From contig OZ244852.1 in NCBI GenBank assembly GCA_965220965.1, forward strand, positions 288,001-352,000: a stretch of 64,000 nucleotides of DNA, given 5' to 3'. Positions 1 to 9,317 of the stretch are shown piece after piece. Under the pieces are notes generated by a model. The model made no database searches, was not told where the DNA came from, and worked only from the letters and a program-made list of their open reading frames with translations. The stretch is from Candidatus Marinacidobacterium sp. Lineage in GTDB: Bacteria; Acidobacteriota; Vicinamibacteria; Marinacidobacterales; Marinacidobacteraceae. Numbering within the stretch: the first letter of the stretch is position 1; the number at the start of each line of letters is the position of its first letter. Both the position numbers and the translations under genes were made by a program.

Positions 1-589
1 GCCGCGAGAGGATCTGGATCACCCGGCGAATCTCGTCGTCCCGGCCGATGACCGGGTCCAGCCGATCCTCCCTCGCCAGGCCGGTCAGGTCGCGCCCGTA
101 CTTCTCCAGCGGTTCGTACGCGCTCTCCGGGGTCGGGCTGGTGACGCGAGCGCCGCCGCGGACCGCGGCGGCCGCGTCCTCGAGCGCCTTCCGCTCCACT
201 CCCGCCTCGGCGAGCAGCCGGGCGGCGCCCGACGGCGTGGAGACGAGCGCCGCGAGCAGGTGTTCGACGCTGACGTACTCGTCGCCCTGCTTCCTGGACT
301 CGTCGGCGGCGACGCGCAGGACCCGGGCCAGACCGGAGGACGGAGGTGGTTCGTCGGTCGGGTGGCGCACCACCGGCAGCTCGCGGACGGCGCGCTCGAC
401 GCGCTGCTTCAGTCGCGCCGGATCCTGGTTGAGGCGGCTCAGCAGCCTCGGCGCCAGCCCGTCGGGAGCGTCCTCCAGAAGCGCAAGAAGCAGGTGCTCC
501 GGGGTGACCTCGGAGTTGCGGTTCGTGACGGCGCGCCGGGTCGCGCGGTCGAGGGCGGCGGAGGAACGTTCGGTTGCCTGGATGGACAT
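1..589 (-). CDS. clpB: ATP-dependent chaperone ClpB, N-terminal part (runs off the window edge)
   Basis: Manual translation from ATG at 589: [16 protein letters not shown]...[12 protein letters not shown]...[14 protein letters not shown]...LEKYGRDLT...[20 protein letters not shown]. This gives two Clp-N repeats and the start of AAA domain 1, with a GGAGA RBS upstream. Absent from the ORF track because it is partial. Confidence 0.9.
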   Translation of the reverse strand, partial: MSIQATERSSAALDRATRRAVTNRNSEVTPEHLLLALLEDAPDGLAPRLLSRLNQDPARLKQRVERAVRELPVVRHPTDEPPPSSGLARVLRVAADESRKQGDEYVSVEHLLAALVSTPSGAARLLAEAGVERKALEDAAAAVRGGARVTSPTPESAYEPLEKYGRDLTGLAREDRLDPVIGRDDEIRRVIQILSR

Positions 590-802
590 GGATGCAGTCT
601 CCCGACTCAAGGAGTCTGCGTGAGACTATAGCAGATATGAAGGCAATCCGGCAGGAAACCTTATAGAGCGTTACTCAACTCACCTCGGACGCGGCCGCCG
701 ACCAAACTCCCGACGGCCGCCACGGAGCGAGTCGGGCGTCAGCGACCGCGCGTGGCGCCCGGAGCCGCCGGGCCCGGGAGGCGCCGGCGACGAGCCGGCC
801 CG

Positions 803-1300
803 CTACTTCGATGGTCCGGCGTCGTACTCCTCGGCGCGGTGCATGTCGAAGGGACAGTGCGCCGGGTTGGCCGGGAAGCGGCGGAACTCGGCGTGGCACC
901 GGTAGCAGACGGTGACGCTGCCGATGCGCCAGTAGACGAGCAGGTCGAGCACCGCGACCGAGGCGAACACCGCGAACGCGCCGGGGAAGTCCCAGATCGC
1001 ATAGGCGACCGTCGAGAGCACGACCGCCGAGAGAACGACGGCGCACCCGATCTGCTGGGGGAGGTCCTTCCGGGTGTAGAGCTCGCGATTCCCGCACTGA
1101 AGGCACGCGTCGAGCGCCCCCGTGGGCGGCCAGGCGTCGCCGACCGGCGCCGCTCCACCGAGGGGAGGGTTCGCATGGCCGCAATGCCGGCACCGGTCGT
1201 CGCCCGGCGCGAAGGGGGGATCCCAGGTCGAATACCGGTCGCAGGCGTCGCAATAGAAGCCCACTTCCGGGCCCCGGCGCTGGCGCCCTCGGGCGCTCAC
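803..1300 (-). CDS. Hypothetical membrane protein with four CxxC pairs (zinc-ribbon-like) and two TM helices
   Basis: CDAC, CRHC, CLQC and CYRC motifs around a hydrophobic hairpin; start overlaps the upstream stop at 1297-1300. Confidence 0.75.
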   Translation of the reverse strand: MSARGRQRRGPEVGFYCDACDRYSTWDPPFAPGDDRCRHCGHANPPLGGAAPVGDAWPPTGALDACLQCGNRELYTRKDLPQQIGCAVVLSAVVLSTVAYAIWDFPGAFAVFASVAVLDLLVYWRIGSVTVCYRCHAEFRRFPANPAHCPFDMHRAEEYDAGPSK

Positions 1301-2580
1301 GAACAGCGGGCCTCGATCGCGTTCAGCGCGACGGAGATCTCCTCACGGGTGTTGAAGAAATGGACCGAGAGGCGGAAGTCCCGCTCGTCGCGCACCGGAG
1401 ACGCCAGGATGCCTTCTTCCCCCAGATCCCGGTAGAGCGCCAACGCGTCGCATCCCTCGGGAAGTCGGACGACGACGATGCCCGAGGCGTCCTCCGCGGT
1501 TTCGGGCGAGGCGAGGCTCAGCGTCGGGCTGCGTCGCGCCGCCTCGGCGGCGAAGCCGGCGAGCTCTTCGACCCGCGCCAGGACCCGGTCGAGTCCGAGA
1601 TCCTCCAGCCAGGCCACCGCCCGGCCGAAACCGTGGAAGTCGGCGAGCGCCCGGGTCCCGAACTCGAAGCGGGCGGCGCTTGGCAGCAGCTCGTAGCCCC
1701 CCTGGTAGTCCATCGCCGCGTGGCTGTGGGCGCCGGCCCAGCTCAGCAGGACTTCGTCGAGGATCTCCCGGCGGACGAACAGCGCTCCGGTTCCCTTGGG
1801 GCCGAGAAGCCACTTGTGGCCGCAGGTCGAATAGGCGTCGCACCCGAGGGCGGCGAAGTCGGTCGGGACCAGGCCGGGCCCCTGCGCCCCGTCGAGGTGG
1901 AACCTCACGCCGCGCGCGCGCAGGAGCTCGGCGAGCCGGGCGCAGTCGCCGGTCCGCAGACGCCGTCCGTTGTTGCGGGACACGTGGCTCACGCTGACCA
2001 TGCGCGTCCGCGATGTCAGTTCGCGGCGCACCTCGTCGACGAAGTCGGTTCCCGGGCTCAGATCGATTTCGCGGATCGCGATCCCGAGGCGGTCGCGGAG
2101 CACGTACCAGGGGATCACGTTGGCCGGATGCTCGGTGTTCGAGATGATGACTTCGTCCCCGGCTCTCCAGTCGAGGCTCCAGGCGACGATGGAGATGCCC
2201 TCCGAGGTGCTGTGGGTCAGCGCCACCTCTTCCGGACGGGCGCCGAAAACGCGGGCCAGTTGCGCCCGAAGGTCGGGCTCGATCCGACCCATCGGACCCG
2301 AGATCGAAGGATGCGCGGGACTCCGGTTCTGGAACTCGAGCCGCTCGGCGACGGCCTCGATCACGCCTCGCGGCGAAGGGCCGATCCCGCCGGTCTGGAA
2401 GAACGGGCTCGCGGACGCCGGGATCTGATCGCGGGCGTCGCGGACCCAGTCCGGCGCCCCCGGCGCTGCGGATGCGTCCTGCGGTCCGGCGGCGGCCAGA
2501 CGACCGACCGGAATCAGGGGGAGCGCGGCCGCCGACCGGACGCCCGCGCCGAGGAATGCGCGCCGGGTGAAGTTCATCAC
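1297..2580 (-). CDS. Class V PLP-dependent aminotransferase / C-S lyase-like enzyme with Tat signal
   Basis: N-terminal TRRAFLG twin-arginine motif followed by a hydrophobic stretch; STSEG, EHPAN, HLDGAQ and CGHKWLLGPKGTG (PLP lysine) motifs; RLSVHFFNT at the C-terminus. Confidence 0.88.
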   Translation of the reverse strand: MMNFTRRAFLGAGVRSAAALPLIPVGRLAAAGPQDASAAPGAPDWVRDARDQIPASASPFFQTGGIGPSPRGVIEAVAERLEFQNRSPAHPSISGPMGRIEPDLRAQLARVFGARPEEVALTHSTSEGISIVAWSLDWRAGDEVIISNTEHPANVIPWYVLRDRLGIAIREIDLSPGTDFVDEVRRELTSRTRMVSVSHVSRNNGRRLRTGDCARLAELLRARGVRFHLDGAQGPGLVPTDFAALGCDAYSTCGHKWLLGPKGTGALFVRREILDEVLLSWAGAHSHAAMDYQGGYELLPSAARFEFGTRALADFHGFGRAVAWLEDLGLDRVLARVEELAGFAAEAARRSPTLSLASPETAEDASGIVVVRLPEGCDALALYRDLGEEGILASPVRDERDFRLSVHFFNTREEISVALNAIEARCS

Positions 2581-3384
2581 CTAGAGGATCGCATGACCGC
2601 TGATCCTTTCGAGGAACACGGCGGTCAGCTCGCCGAACAGGACGAGGATGAGCGCGACATACAGGAGTCCGGTCGCCGACTGGGTGGACCGGATCCGGAC
2701 GGTGGAGCGGATGAGCACCGCCAGCGCGAACGGCGCCGCCAGCCCGGTCAGCGCCCGGAACGAAAAGAAGAGCGCGGTGGTGGAGTAGATCAGGTCACCG
2801 ACCGACGCGATGCCGAGCGCCGCCACCCCGCCGGTGAGGAGCGCGACCGTCGTCACCAGCACCCGCAGTCCGGCGGCGCCGAGGTAGAGCCGGGCGCCCG
2901 AGGCCAGGGGAGCGATCGAAAGGCCGGTGTCCACCAGATACCAGTGTCCAAGGACCATCGTTGCGGTGACCGAGCCCAGCAGCATCGCCGCCGACGCCTC
3001 CGCCGCCACCTCGCGGAGCGGGTTATCTCCGGAACCGGTGAGCAGCGGCGAGATCGCGCCCACCAGGCCCAGCAACATCGCAGCGGCCGCCAGCCCCCGC
3101 GAAGGCCCTCGGGCGGCCGTCGTCGGTGACTCGCCCCGCGGCTTTGCGGACCGGCGTTCGACGACGCCGAGAACGACCGTGAGGACCGCCAGTCCCGCCC
3201 ACGCCATCCACTCCGGCTGGCCCCACGCGAGGACGAGGGACAGCGCGAAGGCGCCGGCTGCGCTCGAGACCAGAAACCGGAAGAACGCTGGCGGAACGCG
3301 GTGACGCCACGCCAGCGCTCCGCCGGCGAACAGGAGCCCGGCGCCCAGCCGCACCGCGACCGCGGCGGCGATGGCGCCGATCAC
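2581..3384 (-). CDS. Polytopic membrane protein of unknown function (GHWYL motif)
   Basis: About 8 hydrophobic segments; MVLGHWYLV and STQSATGLLY motifs; its stop directly abuts the next start. Confidence 0.75.
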   Translation of the reverse strand: MIGAIAAAVAVRLGAGLLFAGGALAWRHRVPPAFFRFLVSSAAGAFALSLVLAWGQPEWMAWAGLAVLTVVLGVVERRSAKPRGESPTTAARGPSRGLAAAAMLLGLVGAISPLLTGSGDNPLREVAAEASAAMLLGSVTATMVLGHWYLVDTGLSIAPLASGARLYLGAAGLRVLVTTVALLTGGVAALGIASVGDLIYSTTALFFSFRALTGLAAPFALAVLIRSTVRIRSTQSATGLLYVALILVLFGELTAVFLERISGHAIL

Positions 3385-3471
3385 CGGAAGGCCGGCCGCG
3401 GGGCAGGGAACGCCGGGCGCCGGTTCACGGGAGGGGCGCCGCGCCTGGCGAGAATCCGCCCGGGCCGGCGA

Positions 3472-3795
3472 TCAGACCTGGAAGGACTCTCCGCAGCCGC
3501 AGGCCGAGACCGCGTTCGGGTTGTTGAAGCGGAACCCGGCGCCCATGATGTCCTCCACATAGTCGATCTCGGTTCCGTTCAGATAGGGGAGGCTCCGCTC
3601 GTCCACGAGCATGCGGACACCGTTCTGCTCGATGACCTGGTCTCCGTCACGCGACTCGTCGTCGAGCGCCAGTTGGTACTGGAACCCGGAGCAGCCCCCG
3701 CCGACCACCCGGACACGCAGCAGGGCTTCGGGGCGGTCGTGCTTTCCCAGGAACTCGGCGACCTTTGTCGCCGCGACCTCGGTCAGCGTCAGCAT
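3472..3795 (-). CDS. erpA: A-type Fe-S carrier protein (HesB/IscA/ErpA family)
   Basis: GGGCSGFQY and FNNPNAVSACGCGESF motifs; ATG at 3795 preceded by an AGGAGG RBS. Confidence 0.93.
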   Translation of the reverse strand: MLTLTEVAATKVAEFLGKHDRPEALLRVRVVGGGCSGFQYQLALDDESRDGDQVIEQNGVRMLVDERSLPYLNGTEIDYVEDIMGAGFRFNNPNAVSACGCGESFQV

Positions 3796-3922
3796 GGCGT
3801 CGTTCCTCCTTGCGGCCCCGGACCCACGAAACGGGCCCCGAAACCGCCAGTAGGGGATTTTAGCGGTCCGTTGATGGCGGAGAGTAGGATTCCCCGCTTC
3901 CGCCGGCGCGCTCCCCCGGCTG

Positions 3923-4786
3923 GTGTCTCCCCTGATCGACCTGCACACCCACTCCACCGAATCCGACGGGGTCTTCCCGCCCGCGCGGGTCGTGAAGGAG
4001 GCGGTCTCCGACGGCGTCACGGTCCTCGCCCTGACCGACCACGACACGCTCGCCGGGCTCCCGGACGCCCACCGGGAGGCGGTTCGCCACGGCATCGAAT
4101 TCGTGCCCGGCGTCGAAGTGAGTTGCGCCGAGGGGCCGGAATCGGTCCACCTGCTGGGACTCTTCGTCGACCCGGAGGATCGCGGGCTCAACGAGCTCTT
4201 CCGGGAAGTGGCGGAAAGCCGACGCCGTCGCATCCGGGCCACCTGTGAACGCCTCGCCGAGGCCGGCGTCCCGATCTCGTTCGAGGATGTGGCCGCGATG
4301 TCGTCCGGCGCCTCGCTTGGCCGGCCCCACGTGGCGGACGCCCTCGTCGAGAAGGGCGTCGTCCGGACTCGCAAGGAGGCGTTTGACCGCTACCTGGGCG
4401 ACGGCGGCGTGGGCCACGTCAGCTACGCGTGGAAGATCGGCGTGACCGACGCGGCGAAGATGATCCACGCGGCCGGCGGCGTCACCTCGATCGCACACCC
4501 CAGGTATCTCCACGACCTCGACGCTCTGCCGGAGATGGTCCGGGCGGCGGGAGTGACGGCGCTCGAGGCCTATCACGCCGACCAGCAGGGGGCCGATCGC
4601 GATCGCTTCGAACGGATGGCCGACGAGATCGGCGTGCTCGTCACCGGCGGTTCCGACTTTCACCAGCGCAAGGCCGGAGGCGGTCCCACGCACCGGTTCG
4701 GCTCCGCGCTCTCGCGGGCCCAGTACGAGGCGCTGCGGGAGGCGGCGCGGGGCCGCCAGACCACCGGACCGGACGACCGGCGCTGA
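3923..4786 (+). CDS. PHP-domain phosphoesterase (TrpH/YciV family)
   Basis: DLHTHSTESDG, LTDHDT, GVEVS, GRPHVA, AHP and TGGSDFH motifs. Confidence 0.92.
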   Translation: MSPLIDLHTHSTESDGVFPPARVVKEAVSDGVTVLALTDHDTLAGLPDAHREAVRHGIEFVPGVEVSCAEGPESVHLLGLFVDPEDRGLNELFREVAESRRRRIRATCERLAEAGVPISFEDVAAMSSGASLGRPHVADALVEKGVVRTRKEAFDRYLGDGGVGHVSYAWKIGVTDAAKMIHAAGGVTSIAHPRYLHDLDALPEMVRAAGVTALEAYHADQQGADRDRFERMADEIGVLVTGGSDFHQRKAGGGPTHRFGSALSRAQYEALREAARGRQTTGPDDRR

Positions 4787-4807
4787 TCTCCGGGGTGGGC
4801 GCCGGGC

Positions 4808-5206
4808 TTATCCGCCCGCGCCATCCACCTCCGGAATCCTCACCAGGACGTTCCCGGCGTCCACCCGGGCCGGGAACGCGGCCACCCGGGAGTGCGGGTT
4901 CGCCGGCGACCGCCCGGTTTCCAGGTCGAATTGCCACAGGTGCCACGGACACGAGACGACGCCATCCCGGACCTGACCGAGGTGAAGCGGTCCTCCCCGG
5001 TGAGGGCAGGTCTCGCTGAGCGCCTTCGGGACTCCTTCGTTCCAGAAGACCGCGACCCGCCGTTCGTCGACATCGACCGCCAGCGCTCCCGCCTCGGACA
5101 GCTCTTTCGCGCCGCACACGCGGCGCTCCCCGCCCTCCGTCGAGGCCGGACGTGGATCGATGCGGGGCGCATCGTCCGGCGGCCGCCTCTCGGTGGATCG
5201 GCTCAT
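4808..5206 (-). CDS. Rieske [2Fe-2S] ferredoxin (NirD-like)
   Basis: CPHRGG...CPWHLWQFDL Rieske motif; ATGA overlap with the upstream kinase stop. Confidence 0.88.
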   Translation of the reverse strand: MSRSTERRPPDDAPRIDPRPASTEGGERRVCGAKELSEAGALAVDVDERRVAVFWNEGVPKALSETCPHRGGPLHLGQVRDGVVSCPWHLWQFDLETGRSPANPHSRVAAFPARVDAGNVLVRIPEVDGAGG

Positions 5207-6249
5207 CCGGGAACCTCCACCGCTTCCAGGCGGAGTCCTTCCCCATCGGAGCCGGCGTCCAGGACCTCCCCGCCCGCCGCCCTCACGGCGGCGCACACCG
5301 CGGACCGGTGGGTCGGCGGAACGGCCGCCACCAGAGTGCCCCCGCCGCCGGCGCCGCAGGCCTTGACCGCCGAAGCTCCCGCCTCGCGGAGCGAGGCCTC
5401 GAACCGGTCCAGTCCCGGAGTCGAGACCGCCGGCGCAAGCGACCGACGGGCGCTCCATTCCTCGTCGAGGACCCCGGTAACCCGGTCCCAGTCCCGGGCG
5501 CGCACCGCCTCGCGCATCGCTCCGGCGGCCTCCGCGATCCGCTGAATCCCGCGCGCGGCTTCCGGCTCGCCGGCAAGGATCCGCTCCAGGACCTTCCGGT
5601 TCGGTTCCGCGGAGGAATGGGCTTCTCCGGTGTAGGCAAGGACGAACCGCTCGCGCAGGGGATCGAGGTCTTCTTCCGACCACGGCAGGGGTTCGGAGCG
5701 CGTCGCCGGGCTATCCCAGTGATGGGCGTGCGCTCCGCCGAGGGCGGCGGCCCATTGATCCTGGGCGCCGGTGGCCGCCCGCAGGATCCGGACTTCGGTG
5801 TCCATCACGATCCGGACCAGATCGGCGGTCGACCACCCGGCGTCGAAGACCCGGTTCAGCGCCCCCGCGATGGCCATGCCGAGCGCCGAGGAACCCCCGA
5901 GCCCCGATCCCGGCGGGGCGCTCGTCTCGAAACGCACCTCGACCGGAACGTCCCGCGAGAAGAAGGCGGCGAGCTGGCCGGCCAGCGCGGTGAAGGCGTG
6001 GTGAAACAGGAATTCCGGATCGCTCGCGGTGATGTCAACGCCTCGCTGGGGGTTGACGACGCGCCATTCCGGCGCGAGCGACACGGTGGCGCGCGCCCGG
6101 AGACTGATCGCCACGTTGACGGTGACGGCGCGGGGGACCAGCAGCCCGACCGGCCAGATGTCGAGCGTGCCGCCGGCCAGATCCACCCGCGTCGGCGCCG
6201 AACAGGTGGCGGGCGATGTCAGAACGAGATTCCCAGGGCGGTCATCCAC
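5203..6249 (-). CDS. GHMP-family sugar kinase (HddA/fucokinase-like)
   Basis: APTRVDLAGGTLD, PPGSGLGGSS, GAQDQ and KACGAGGGG motifs. Start uncertain: GTG 6249 or CTG 6222. Confidence 0.88.
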   Translation of the reverse strand: MDDRPGNLVLTSPATCSAPTRVDLAGGTLDIWPVGLLVPRAVTVNVAISLRARATVSLAPEWRVVNPQRGVDITASDPEFLFHHAFTALAGQLAAFFSRDVPVEVRFETSAPPGSGLGGSSALGMAIAGALNRVFDAGWSTADLVRIVMDTEVRILRAATGAQDQWAAALGGAHAHHWDSPATRSEPLPWSEEDLDPLRERFVLAYTGEAHSSAEPNRKVLERILAGEPEAARGIQRIAEAAGAMREAVRARDWDRVTGVLDEEWSARRSLAPAVSTPGLDRFEASLREAGASAVKACGAGGGGTLVAAVPPTHRSAVCAAVRAAGGEVLDAGSDGEGLRLEAVEVPG

Positions 6250-6704
6250 TGGTTCACCGGCTCGTCGGCGAAGTCTCGTTGGTACTGAGTCTCCAGCCGG
6301 AGCCGTCCGACCTGAATTCCGAGCAGCGCCAGCCCGGACACCTGGGGCGCGCTCTCCGCGCCGCCCCCGAACCGGCTGGCGAGGCCGGCCCCTCCGCCCA
6401 CGTACACCCGGAATCCGGGCGTCGGGAGCATTCCGACCTTGGCGTAGGCATAGCCCCGGGCGGGGAAGCGGCGCCCGACACCTTCTTCGTCAACCCCGAT
6501 GGAGGGCCGGAAACCGGGCCCGGTCTGACCCATGAACCCGACGCTCACCGGGACGGCCAGGAACTCGATTTCGTAGCCGCCCCCCAGCATCCACTCCTCG
6601 CCGCCCTGGTCAACGCCGGTCCACGACCCGATCAGCGCGAAGGGCTGCGCCTCGGCGGGGGCCGCGAAGAGGGCCGCCGGAATCACCAGCATCAAGGCCC
6701 GCAT
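6219..6704 (-). CDS. Exported protein, probable small outer-membrane beta-barrel
   Basis: Signal peptide ending AEA/Q; alternating amphipathic strands (VYVGGGAGL); C-terminal Phe (LGISF). Confidence 0.6.
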   Translation of the reverse strand: MRALMLVIPAALFAAPAEAQPFALIGSWTGVDQGGEEWMLGGGYEIEFLAVPVSVGFMGQTGPGFRPSIGVDEEGVGRRFPARGYAYAKVGMLPTPGFRVYVGGGAGLASRFGGGAESAPQVSGLALLGIQVGRLRLETQYQRDFADEPVNQWMTALGISF

Positions 6705-6902
6705 GAGAGCTGGCGCCGAACGTGAAGAGAACGCAGCCCTCCTCCGTGCGTTTCGTCCAATTGCCACCCGACCGACTCCCTTCGCGCGCTCCGCCGGACG
6801 CTGTGTGCGCCCCCGCGCCTGCGCGGCTTGATCCGGGGTAGTGTAAGCAAGGGTAGTACCTCAGGACTCGAGGTTCATTGCGCCCGACGAGAGCCCCCCG
6901 CG

Positions 6903-7496
6903 ATGACCCCCGCCGAGGATCTGCGCGAACGGATCGCCACCCGTTTGGCCCGGCGGTCGCCTCGCCGGGTGGATCCGGCGCTTCGCGCCGCCGCGGTGCT
7001 CGCCCTGCTCGTGGACGGCTCCGGGGGGCCCCGCCTGGTGCTGACCCGGCGCTCGAACCGACTGCGGCGCCAACCCGGGGACATCGCGTTTCCCGGCGGC
7101 ATGGTGGAGCCGGGGGAGAGCGCCGAGGGCGCGGCGCTACGCGAAAGCCGCGAGGAAATCGGGCTGGATCCGTCCCGGCTGCGGATCCTGGGTCGGCTGG
7201 ATGAGCGGCGCACCTACCACGGGTTCCGGCTCAGCCCGTTCGTGGCCTGGGCGACGGAGTCTCCGGAGCGACCGCTTCGCCTCGCTCCCGGCCCGGAGGT
7301 GGACCTGGTGTTCCGGACGCCGTGGGCCGATCTCGCCGGAGGCGCCCACGAAACGACCGAGGTCCAGCCGCTCGCGCTCGCGTCCGACGGAACGCGGATC
7401 GGTCCGCGGGTTATCTACCGCTACGCGTGGCGGGGCCACGACATCTGGGGCCTGACCGCGCGCATCATCCGGGATCTGCTGGACGTGGCCCACTGA
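6903..7496 (+). CDS. Nudix hydrolase, CoA pyrophosphatase (NudL/PCD1) family
   Basis: LTRRS..LR..PGDIAFPGG followed by the Nudix box ALRESREEIGL, and IWGLTARI. Confidence 0.9.
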   Translation: MTPAEDLRERIATRLARRSPRRVDPALRAAAVLALLVDGSGGPRLVLTRRSNRLRRQPGDIAFPGGMVEPGESAEGAALRESREEIGLDPSRLRILGRLDERRTYHGFRLSPFVAWATESPERPLRLAPGPEVDLVFRTPWADLAGGAHETTEVQPLALASDGTRIGPRVIYRYAWRGHDIWGLTARIIRDLLDVAH

Positions 7497-8415
7497 CCGG
7501 GATCCGGCAGGTCCGCGGATCCTTCTCCACGAATCCGACGAAGACCGGGTGGCGCAGATGCCCCGCCGGGGTCAGCTCGAGATACTCGACTTCGACGACC
7601 AGCAGCGGCCGCACGAAGCGGATCACGCCGTCACCGGAGGCGTCGAATCCTTCCGGCTGCGGCGCCTCGAGGCCCCGGAGCGCGTCGCCAAGCTGCTTTC
7701 GGGTCGGTTCATCGAGTCCGCTCCCCACGTTCCCGAGCCACACCGGTCCGCCCGGTCCGTAGGCCCCGACGACGAGGGACCGCACCGGGGCGTCCCCGGT
7801 CCGGTGCAGGGTCCCGAAGACGACGCACGAAGCCGTCGGCCGCAGCTTGATCTTGAGCCAGTCGTCGCTTCGTTCGCCGATCCGGTAGGGGCTGTCGAGC
7901 CGCTTGGCGACCATGCCCTCGAGCTGTCGGTTGCGCATCTCCTCGAAGAACCGCAGTCCGGCGCCGACGACGAGCGAATTGGGAAAGACGAGGCCCTCGC
8001 GGTCGGGGAGCAACCGGTCGAGGGCCGCCCGGCGCGTCGCGAGCGGTTGGTTCACGAGGCTCTCGCCGTCCCGACAGAGAACGTCGAAGGCGACGAACCA
8101 TGCGGGCGTCCGGGCGCGCGCCCGGCGAATGGCGCCCGGATCCCGGAGCCGGTTCCGCTCCATGACGAGAGGAAAACTGGCGCGCTCCCCGTCGAGCACC
8201 ACGATCTCGCCGTCCACCACGCCGGAACCGGGCAGCGCCCGGAACGCTTTGACGAGCTCGGGGAATTGAGGCGTCTGATCGCGGAGACTCCGCGCCTGGA
8301 GTCGCACGGTCGGACCGAAGTACGCGAGGGAGCGAAGCCCGTCCCACTTCGCGTCAAAGAGGTGGTCCGTCGAGTCGAACGGGGAAGCGCAGGTTCCGGC
8401 GAGCATCGGGCGCAC
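7465..8415 (-). CDS. ligD: ATP-dependent DNA ligase, LigD/LigC-type ligase domain only (NHEJ)
   Basis: KWDG adenylation motif, DGEIV, AFDVL, EGMVAKRLDSPY, WLKIK, VGSG and LRHP motifs; lies downstream of ku. Confidence 0.88.
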   Translation of the reverse strand: MRPMLAGTCASPFDSTDHLFDAKWDGLRSLAYFGPTVRLQARSLRDQTPQFPELVKAFRALPGSGVVDGEIVVLDGERASFPLVMERNRLRDPGAIRRARARTPAWFVAFDVLCRDGESLVNQPLATRRAALDRLLPDREGLVFPNSLVVGAGLRFFEEMRNRQLEGMVAKRLDSPYRIGERSDDWLKIKLRPTASCVVFGTLHRTGDAPVRSLVVGAYGPGGPVWLGNVGSGLDEPTRKQLGDALRGLEAPQPEGFDASGDGVIRFVRPLLVVEVEYLELTPAGHLRHPVFVGFVEKDPRTCRIPVSGPRPADPG

Positions 8416-8495
8416 GCCGCGCTCGATCCAGCCCGCGGGAAAGGCTGCGGCCGGTCGGTTGGGGGGCCCGCCGGTCGCGCCGCCCTGCAGGTCGC

Positions 8496-9317
8496 TCAGT
8501 TCGGTCGCGCGTCTTCCTGGGCGGCGCCGAGGCCGCCGAGCCCCTCGCCCTCGATCCGGGCGAGACTCGACTTGAGCGCATCCATCAGGTTGACGACGCG
8601 GCGCGGCTCCACCGCCGGCGCGGTCACCAGCTCCTCGCCCTTGCTCTTCGCCTCCACGATTTCGAGGAAGCGCTTGCGGTAGCCGTCCTCGAAGGCGGAG
8701 AGGTCGAGCGGCTTCGCATACGCGTCGAGGAGCTGACGGGCCATCGCCGCCTCCGCCGCCCCCGGTTCCTTCGCGGCCGGCAGGTCGTCGATGTCCGCGA
8801 TTTCGCGCACTTCGTCCCGGTAGTGCAGGTACGACATGAGGAACACGGCTTCACCGGGCCGGATCGCGACGATCCTCTCCTTGCCGCCGAGAACGACCTG
8901 CGCGATCGCCACCCGGTTCGCCGCCTTCATCGCGGCGAGCAGCGTGTGGAAGGGACCCGACGCGACTTCGCCGCCGGGAGCCAGGTAGAAGGAGCCGTGG
9001 TAGTAGAGGGGGTCGATCTCGGACTCCTCGACGAACTGCACGATGTCCAGAGTGCGGAGCGAGGGAAGCTGCAACCGGCTCAGGTCGTCGTCCCGGATCA
9101 GTACGTACTGATCCTTGCCATACTCGTAGCCCTTCACGATCTCTCCGCGCTGCACCTCGCGGTCGCAGGTCGGACAGCGTCGTTGCTGGCGGATGCGCGA
9201 CCCGCACTCCTCGTGCAACTGGTTCATGGAGACGGCCTTCACGCGCGCCGCCGGGTAGGCGCGGACCGGGACGAGGACGAGGGCGAGCTTCAGGTTGCCC
9301 TGCCAGGTGGGTCGCAT
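8496..9317 (-). CDS. ku: Ku protein (non-homologous end joining)
   Basis: MRPTWQGNLKLALVLVPV, IVKGYEY, IDPLYY..SFYLAP and VVNLMDALKSSL motifs. Confidence 0.95.
   Translation of the reverse strand: MRPTWQGNLKLALVLVPVRAYPAARVKAVSMNQLHEECGSRIRQQRRCPTCDREVQRGEIVKGYEYGKDQYVLIRDDDLSRLQLPSLRTLDIVQFVEESEIDPLYYHGSFYLAPGGEVASGPFHTLLAAMKAANRVAIAQVVLGGKERIVAIRPGEAVFLMSYLHYRDEVREIADIDDLPAAKEPGAAEAAMARQLLDAYAKPLDLSAFEDGYRKRFLEIVEAKSKGEELVTAPAVEPRRVVNLMDALKSSLARIEGEGLGGLGAAQEDARPN

Noticed and set aside
600-680. HspR (HAIR) or CIRCE operator upstream of clpB
   Set aside because: Only half-sites (ACTCAAG 605-611, ACTCAAC 673-679) are present, without a correctly spaced inverted partner.
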